Shown here: positions 58,916 to 64,000 of the stretch, one piece after another
Position numbering within the stretch: position 1 is the first letter of the stretch
How the letters are laid out: every line of letters begins with the position of its first letter
Program-made: the position numbers and the translations under genes
The notes under the pieces: model-generated
What the model saw: the letters and a program-made list of their open reading frames with translations, nothing else
Database searches by the model: none
What the model was told of the DNA's origin: nothing
DNA from: an uncultured Methanosarcinales archaeon
Lineage (GTDB): Archaea; Nanobdellota; Nanobdellia; Woesearchaeales; CAZYIM01
DNA: 64,000 bases
Reading direction: 5' to 3'
NCBI GenBank assembly: GCA_964647565.1
Contig: CAZYIM010000006.1
Location: 25,045 to 89,044, forward strand

Positions 58916-61153
58916 TTATATCAATTGTATCAATCTAAGTAAGTCCTGAACATCTACCCTACCGTCTCCTGTAAGATCATGTTGTGAAGTTCCAAAAGAC
59001 TTGACTAATAATACAAGGTCAATAACATCGACCGATCCATCCTTGTTTATGTCTTCGAGAACTAAGTTATCATCTTCAACATGGCAACTTCCACTCTTAA
59101 GCTTAAGATTCCTGGCCAGGTTTCCAGATAGTGCTGTCCTTCCCAACTCATGGTTCATCCTGTCTAGGCAGTTATTCCTCTTGCCATCCATCATCGCACG
59201 AAGGGTAGCATCCATAATTCTCTGGACTTCACCATTATGCTGACCTAATGTTACCCAGCCATGATATATCTGACCCATGCCGCCTAAGCCATATTTTTCA
59301 TAATAACCTTCTGCAAGATCATCACCTGACAGGAAGTTGACAAAATAGGGCACTCCATTTTTCGGCTGATAGACCACCTTAGTAATCAGGTTAGACAAGC
59401 CAAGCAGATCGGCTTCATCAAAGACATAACCATAGTTGTACAGGTCTGTTACAGCGTATGCATGCCTATTGGAATGAGATGTATCGTCTGAATCATAAAG
59501 ATCCCCATAACCAATTCCATAAGCCCATATTATAGAGTTATGATCATAGGACTCAAACCTGTCCTTGAAACCCTGAGCCAATTTGGTTATCATATCCTCA
59601 TACTTTCCATCCACTTCGTTCATATGCAATAAAATCCTAAGATAAAGCACTATCTTATCGCTGAATGTAATAGATTCATCAGTTATCTTGTTAACCATCC
59701 AGGTATCCATACCCCTTTTCTGCCATTTTTCTATTATTTGTTTGTCTACAAAATCATAAACCTTTTGGGCTCGGGCACCAAACTTTGCATTCAGTTGCGG
59801 ATCATTCAATACCAAGTCTGCCAGCCTTGCAAGTTCTGTGCTGCCCTGCAGGTCTTCAAGTTGATATGCTATACTGGAACTTGTGTATCCTGAGTTTTCC
59901 CAAGGACCACCCCAATTCAGGTATCCGTCCTTATCCTTAATTGTGGCCTTGGTTATCATAGTCTCCATCCAGGTCAAAGCTCTTTCAAGATAGACCTCAT
60001 CACCAGTAGCTTCATACATTGCCAGAGTTCCCATAAGCACATACTGGAACTCGTAATAACGGGTGCCATAGTTGCTAGCTGCTTTAGAATCTAATTTGCT
60101 CTTATCAGCCTCATATGTCCGGTCAACAACCTGCTTATAGTATGATATGTTTTCTGAATAGTCTGGACAGTTATCAGGGGGATCATCATTTGGACTATCA
60201 GAGGGATAAATTGGCTTAACCACCCGGAACTTATTCAAGGGAATATTATCTGCGAAGTTTTCCAAATCCATAATTCCCTGCCAGCTCTTGTCAGGATTAT
60301 CAGCCAATCTTTCAGCGTAAATACCATTGTTTCTTGGTCCGTTGTTCTCGACAAAGATCATGCCATACTCCTGCAGAGCTTTAGCAATAATTTTGTTTGC
60401 ACGATTCAAGCCCAAAGAGTCTATGTCCAGCTCGGGATCTAACTGCAGCCTGTATCCTAAAGACATCGCCCATTGCCGCTCACTCAGGCCGCCGTTATAT
60501 TTTTCACAAGGGTAAACCCCTCTATCAGGAGTTCTCATACCCCAATATGCAAAAGCTATCGCATGGTCAATATAGCCTTTTTCGATCTCATCATGCATCA
60601 CCAGACCATGTGTCAGAGGGACGGGACATACCCTACAGCTACCCCTAACATCATAGGGTGAGTTGATACCATCAGTTGTAAGATTCCAACGCCTTATTAC
60701 TGTTGCACTCCAACTTCCATCTGCAGCTTTTTTTGCCTGATAGAAATCCCATTCATGTTTACCGTCTGCACTAATAATGACCATGTGGCCATCAGCATCA
60801 GGCGCAGGCATTGCCTCTTGAGGGATTGGTACACTGTCATAACCATATTTGACAGGCCGATTGGTCTTGATCTCATCACCATAACAGCAAGCATCAAAAG
60901 ATGTCACTTTAATATAAGGGGTATCTGCCCGGGCATGCCAGACAGGCACACTCCAACTTCTATAACTTATTGACATACGCCTACTATTGATAAGAACATC
61001 ATTGATATAATTCAGAGAGTTCTCCATCAACTCAGGATTCTCAGGTATTTTCTCATACCATGTGCTGTGCTGCTGGAAAAACTTGGTCGCCGTTGCAGAA
61101 GGCAGCATAACTATCAAGACTAATATGATAAAAACTAGTACACCTCTTTTCAT
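58916..61153 (-). CDS. secreted two-domain protein (uncharacterised domain + alpha/alpha-toroid-like domain) with C-terminal dockerin
   Basis: Signal peptide; DGHM, IDHAIAF, ALQEYGM; Pro/Asp linker; MYEATGDEVYLERA; DINKDGSVDVIDL...DLTGDGRVDVQDL. Confidence 0.75.
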   Translation of the reverse strand: MKRGVLVFIILVLIVMLPSATATKFFQQHSTWYEKIPENPELMENSLNYINDVLINSRRMSISYRSWSVPVWHARADTPYIKVTSFDACCYGDEIKTNRPVKYGYDSVPIPQEAMPAPDADGHMVIISADGKHEWDFYQAKKAADGSWSATVIRRWNLTTDGINSPYDVRGSCRVCPVPLTHGLVMHDEIEKGYIDHAIAFAYWGMRTPDRGVYPCEKYNGGLSERQWAMSLGYRLQLDPELDIDSLGLNRANKIIAKALQEYGMIFVENNGPRNNGIYAERLADNPDKSWQGIMDLENFADNIPLNKFRVVKPIYPSDSPNDDPPDNCPDYSENISYYKQVVDRTYEADKSKLDSKAASNYGTRYYEFQYVLMGTLAMYEATGDEVYLERALTWMETMITKATIKDKDGYLNWGGPWENSGYTSSSIAYQLEDLQGSTELARLADLVLNDPQLNAKFGARAQKVYDFVDKQIIEKWQKRGMDTWMVNKITDESITFSDKIVLYLRILLHMNEVDGKYEDMITKLAQGFKDRFESYDHNSIIWAYGIGYGDLYDSDDTSHSNRHAYAVTDLYNYGYVFDEADLLGLSNLITKVVYQPKNGVPYFVNFLSGDDLAEGYYEKYGLGGMGQIYHGWVTLGQHNGEVQRIMDATLRAMMDGKRNNCLDRMNHELGRTALSGNLARNLKLKSGSCHVEDDNLVLEDINKDGSVDVIDLVLLVKSFGTSQHDLTGDGRVDVQDLLRLIQLI

Positions 61154-61177
61154 ATACTCAATTTTCAGGAGAACTAC

Positions 61178-61255
61178 TATAAAAATTTATAGTTTTTTAA
61201 CAATGACCAGCAGGTCCTTGACATCAACATTACCATCTCCTGTCAGATCATACTG
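61178..61255. repeat. 78-bp exact direct repeat, copy 1 (dockerin 3' half, stop and start of spacer)
   Basis: Identical to 63729-63806. Confidence 0.9.
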
Positions 61256-63706
61256 GGAAGTACCAAAAGCCCTTACCAATAATACTAAATCAATAATATC
61301 AACAACACCATCCAAATTCAGATCACCTGGCATAGCATCAGGAACAATATCAGGAACACAATCCTGAATAGACTCATTATAATGACCCGCATTACATTTG
61401 ACGCAATACGAAAAGCCGCTTCTTCCATAAGTACTGCAATATGCATCGCCTAACGATAAGTGAGATTCCCAAGCATCAACAACAGCAGTGCAACCAGAAC
61501 CGCCATGACCCATGCAAGTCCTCGATACACCACCATCAGAAGGACAACCATCATCTGAATTATCAATACAAGCGCATGCAGAATTAAAAGTTCCAGGACA
61601 ACTCTGACTAGTAGTACATGAATCACCTACTGAACAATTCAGAGGTGGATCCGGAGGAGGAGGAACAACCGCAGGACAATCATCACCTGCAGTGTCAACA
61701 CAAGCACATGCAAAATCATAAGTCCCAGGACAGTTCTGATATGTAGTGCAAACAGCACCACGGGTACAAAGTGGGACGTTGCCACCACCTTCACAACCAT
61801 TACCTGAATAGGACCATGCATTAAAATCATAAGTGCAAGTTTTTGAGCCTTTAGAAACAGTCATATTCTTATCATTCCACTTGACAGTTTTATTCCCGGA
61901 ATTGTCAATAATCTCCAGTCTTGAAAAATCACCAGGCAGATATTCAACACCATTCACATATGTCTTTCTATTTCTTGCCTCAATCACATCACCCTTGCCA
62001 GTCTCGAACCTGCCAGATGATACTAAACGAGATGCAGATTGAAATTCAGAGAAACTAGCATACTCAACACCTTCAGTAGCCACCTCAATCGCCTGCCAAC
62101 TGCTACCCCAATATATAGCCAACATCGTCTTCCCTTTCTTGAAATAATTCCAACCATCATTCAATTTGTACTCATTGAACCAAGAATCCCTGCACACATC
62201 AGCACCATCAACCGTTACACAGCCTGAACCTGCAGGTAACAAATTATCTTCGCCCTCATCAAAAACATCAGTAGTCTTCCACCAATACATCTCATTGTTC
62301 ACACGAGCAATATGCAATAAGGGATCATTATTCTGGACCAGTATTGCATTCTTATATTGATAACCATTATTACCATACTTAAAATAACACTCCTGGACAC
62401 CACAACCGTTTTTATGATCTGCATCGCCATGGATGCTGTTGATCCAGATCGAAAAAGGATTTCCCCTGACACGATAATCAGTCAACACACTCAAGATCCA
62501 AAGCTTCTGAACCTTTGAAGAGCCCAAATTATAATTCTTAGTGACAAATATCATTGAATTCTTGCTTCCTGAACTTCCACCAGCCTCAAGAACCAGGTGC
62601 CCATAATCATCAGATTTAGCAGCAACAACCAAGATACTCTCAATCAAGCCAGAGGGCCTGTAAGATGAAACCAAGATATCAGAATACTGTCCATCATCAG
62701 ATCCCTCACCTAAGATGTGCCAAAAGGGAAAAGTAAAACCTCCATCAACAACATTTCGCTTATAATAACGGCCCAAGATACCACCCTGATGTCCTGCTGA
62801 GTGCTGACCAAGCATGTCAAGCAAGATAAGATCCAACATCATCTTAGCTTTGCGCTTCATCACAGTACCCGCAGGATCATTTGTTCTCTCAGAAAAATCA
62901 TGAAGCAAGAGAAGTCCTCCCAAGGGTGCCAACATATAGCCACCATCATTCTCAGTCTTGGCACTATTGACAACATTATCAAACCACTTGTAAAGCCAAT
63001 CCCTTCTAAGTTCAAACGCATTGTAAGTCTGCCCGGTAGCATAGGTTCTGCCATTATAAGTAAAGCCATAATCGTGGCCAGAAACACTATACTGCATTGA
63101 TACATCCTTATTCTCAAGAGCCCCTAAATAGCCTATAGACTCTGACTGAATCTCAACCTCACTATCTGAATCAGGACCCCCTTTAAAGTAATACATATAC
63201 TTAAATTGGTTATTAATATCCACGCGTAGTTCATTTTTTTTAGCATCAGACAGAACATGAGAATACTGATACAGCAAACGAGTTAAGGTAACCTCTGCCA
63301 TAGATCCGGGCCAGTTCCACCTGTCAGTCATAGATGATTGAATATTCCCTTCTAGACAACGAAGATCTGCATATTCATTTTTTTCTTGATTAAACTCAAT
63401 ATTATTCACTTCATCTTTGCAAAGCATATAAGTACCATCCGCTTGCACATCTTTACACTCAGCATTAGCAGAATCATAAATGCTTTCAAGATTGCTCCTG
63501 CAGTTATTCAGATTTATTCCTTGCTCTGCCCAGGATAATATCTCAGTCCTGCCAAAATGAGGATGCGTACTTTTTCTTGTGTCAGAAGCTGAATATTTTG
63601 ATAGCCAGTGATCCTTTCTTTGATCAAAAGTCGCAGAAACTGAAAAAAAAGATATCAATATTAAAATAATCAAAAAGAACAGAACACTAATCAACCTCTT
63701 TTTCAT
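61187..63706 (-). CDS. secreted protein with helical and beta-rich domains, Cys-rich repeats and C-terminal dockerin
   Basis: Signal peptide; GGILGRYY; two C..G..CTT.Q.CPGT...ACAC.D...D.CP repeats; DLNLDGVVDIIDL...DLTGDGNVDVKDL. Confidence 0.75.
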   Translation of the reverse strand: MKKRLISVLFFLIILILISFFSVSATFDQRKDHWLSKYSASDTRKSTHPHFGRTEILSWAEQGINLNNCRSNLESIYDSANAECKDVQADGTYMLCKDEVNNIEFNQEKNEYADLRCLEGNIQSSMTDRWNWPGSMAEVTLTRLLYQYSHVLSDAKKNELRVDINNQFKYMYYFKGGPDSDSEVEIQSESIGYLGALENKDVSMQYSVSGHDYGFTYNGRTYATGQTYNAFELRRDWLYKWFDNVVNSAKTENDGGYMLAPLGGLLLLHDFSERTNDPAGTVMKRKAKMMLDLILLDMLGQHSAGHQGGILGRYYKRNVVDGGFTFPFWHILGEGSDDGQYSDILVSSYRPSGLIESILVVAAKSDDYGHLVLEAGGSSGSKNSMIFVTKNYNLGSSKVQKLWILSVLTDYRVRGNPFSIWINSIHGDADHKNGCGVQECYFKYGNNGYQYKNAILVQNNDPLLHIARVNNEMYWWKTTDVFDEGEDNLLPAGSGCVTVDGADVCRDSWFNEYKLNDGWNYFKKGKTMLAIYWGSSWQAIEVATEGVEYASFSEFQSASRLVSSGRFETGKGDVIEARNRKTYVNGVEYLPGDFSRLEIIDNSGNKTVKWNDKNMTVSKGSKTCTYDFNAWSYSGNGCEGGGNVPLCTRGAVCTTYQNCPGTYDFACACVDTAGDDCPAVVPPPPDPPLNCSVGDSCTTSQSCPGTFNSACACIDNSDDGCPSDGGVSRTCMGHGGSGCTAVVDAWESHLSLGDAYCSTYGRSGFSYCVKCNAGHYNESIQDCVPDIVPDAMPGDLNLDGVVDIIDLVLLVRAFGTSQYDLTGDGNVDVKDLLVIVKKL

Positions 63707-63728
63707 AATTGTTTCCTAGAACTTCAGA

Positions 63729-63806
63729 TATAAAAATTTATAGTTTTTTAACAATGACCAGCAGGTCCTTGACATCAACATTACCATCTCCTGTCAGATC
63801 ATACTG
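63729..63806. repeat. 78-bp exact direct repeat, copy 2
   Basis: Identical to 61178-61255. Confidence 0.9.
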
Positions 63807-64000
63807 TGAGGTTCCAAAAGCTCTAATCATTATTACTAAATCTATAATATTAACAATACCATCAGAATTCAGGTCGCCTAGCAAAACATCAGGAACATTA
63901 CATGTTCCACCAACACAACACGAGCTTCCATAATCACTAGAGTAGCTAAAGCTCCCACCATCACACTCTTCATCAGACTGGCAGGGAGTTCCTCCAAGCT
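63738..64000 (-). CDS. 3' end of a fifth dockerin-bearing protein (truncated by window edge; absent from ORF track)
   Basis: Manual translation: ...CQSDEECDGG...CCVGGTCNVPDVLLGDLNSDGIVNIIDLVIMIRAFGTSQYDLTGDGNVDVKDLLVIVKKL*. Confidence 0.85.
   Translation of the reverse strand, partial: LGGTPCQSDEECDGGSFSYSSDYGSSCCVGGTCNVPDVLLGDLNSDGIVNIIDLVIMIRAFGTSQYDLTGDGNVDVKDLLVIVKKL

Noticed and set aside
61178..63806. Dockerin repeat pair as DGR template and variable repeats
   Set aside because: Both copies are coding gene ends, flanking differences are not confined to adenines, and no reverse transcriptase is in the window.

Overview
Archaeal genomic DNA, most consistent with a DPANN (Woesearchaeota-like) organism. 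This is inferred from the archaeal-type Kae1, membrane-bound LonB, TrmB and Lrp regulators, BRE/TATA-like promoters and GGTGA Shine-Dalgarno motifs, alongside bacterial-type DnaK/DnaJ/GrpE. The window holds an hsp20-grpE-dnaK-dnaJ cluster interrupted by an OLD-family nuclease, ilvE, nadB, kae1, two putative toxin-antitoxin pairs, radical SAM and PEP-utilizer genes, and many hypothetical genes. Two systems stand out. (1) From about 51.5 kb to the window end is a cellulosome-like cohesin-dockerin locus: at least five proteins with C-terminal dockerins (including a PL8 lyase and a beta-helix protein), a membrane-anchored two-cohesin scaffoldin and a cohesin lipoprotein. (2) LonB is broken into two translationally coupled ORFs inside its intein, i.e. 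an apparently naturally split intein with the LAGLIDADG endonuclease on the N-half. There are also two families of dispersed structured intergenic repeats, a repeat-bounded methyltransferase cassette, a pseudoknot-forming leader covering a ribosome-binding site, and a tandem array of HExxH proteins. No rRNA, tRNA or CRISPR array was seen. All family calls come from motif recognition by eye; no searches were run.
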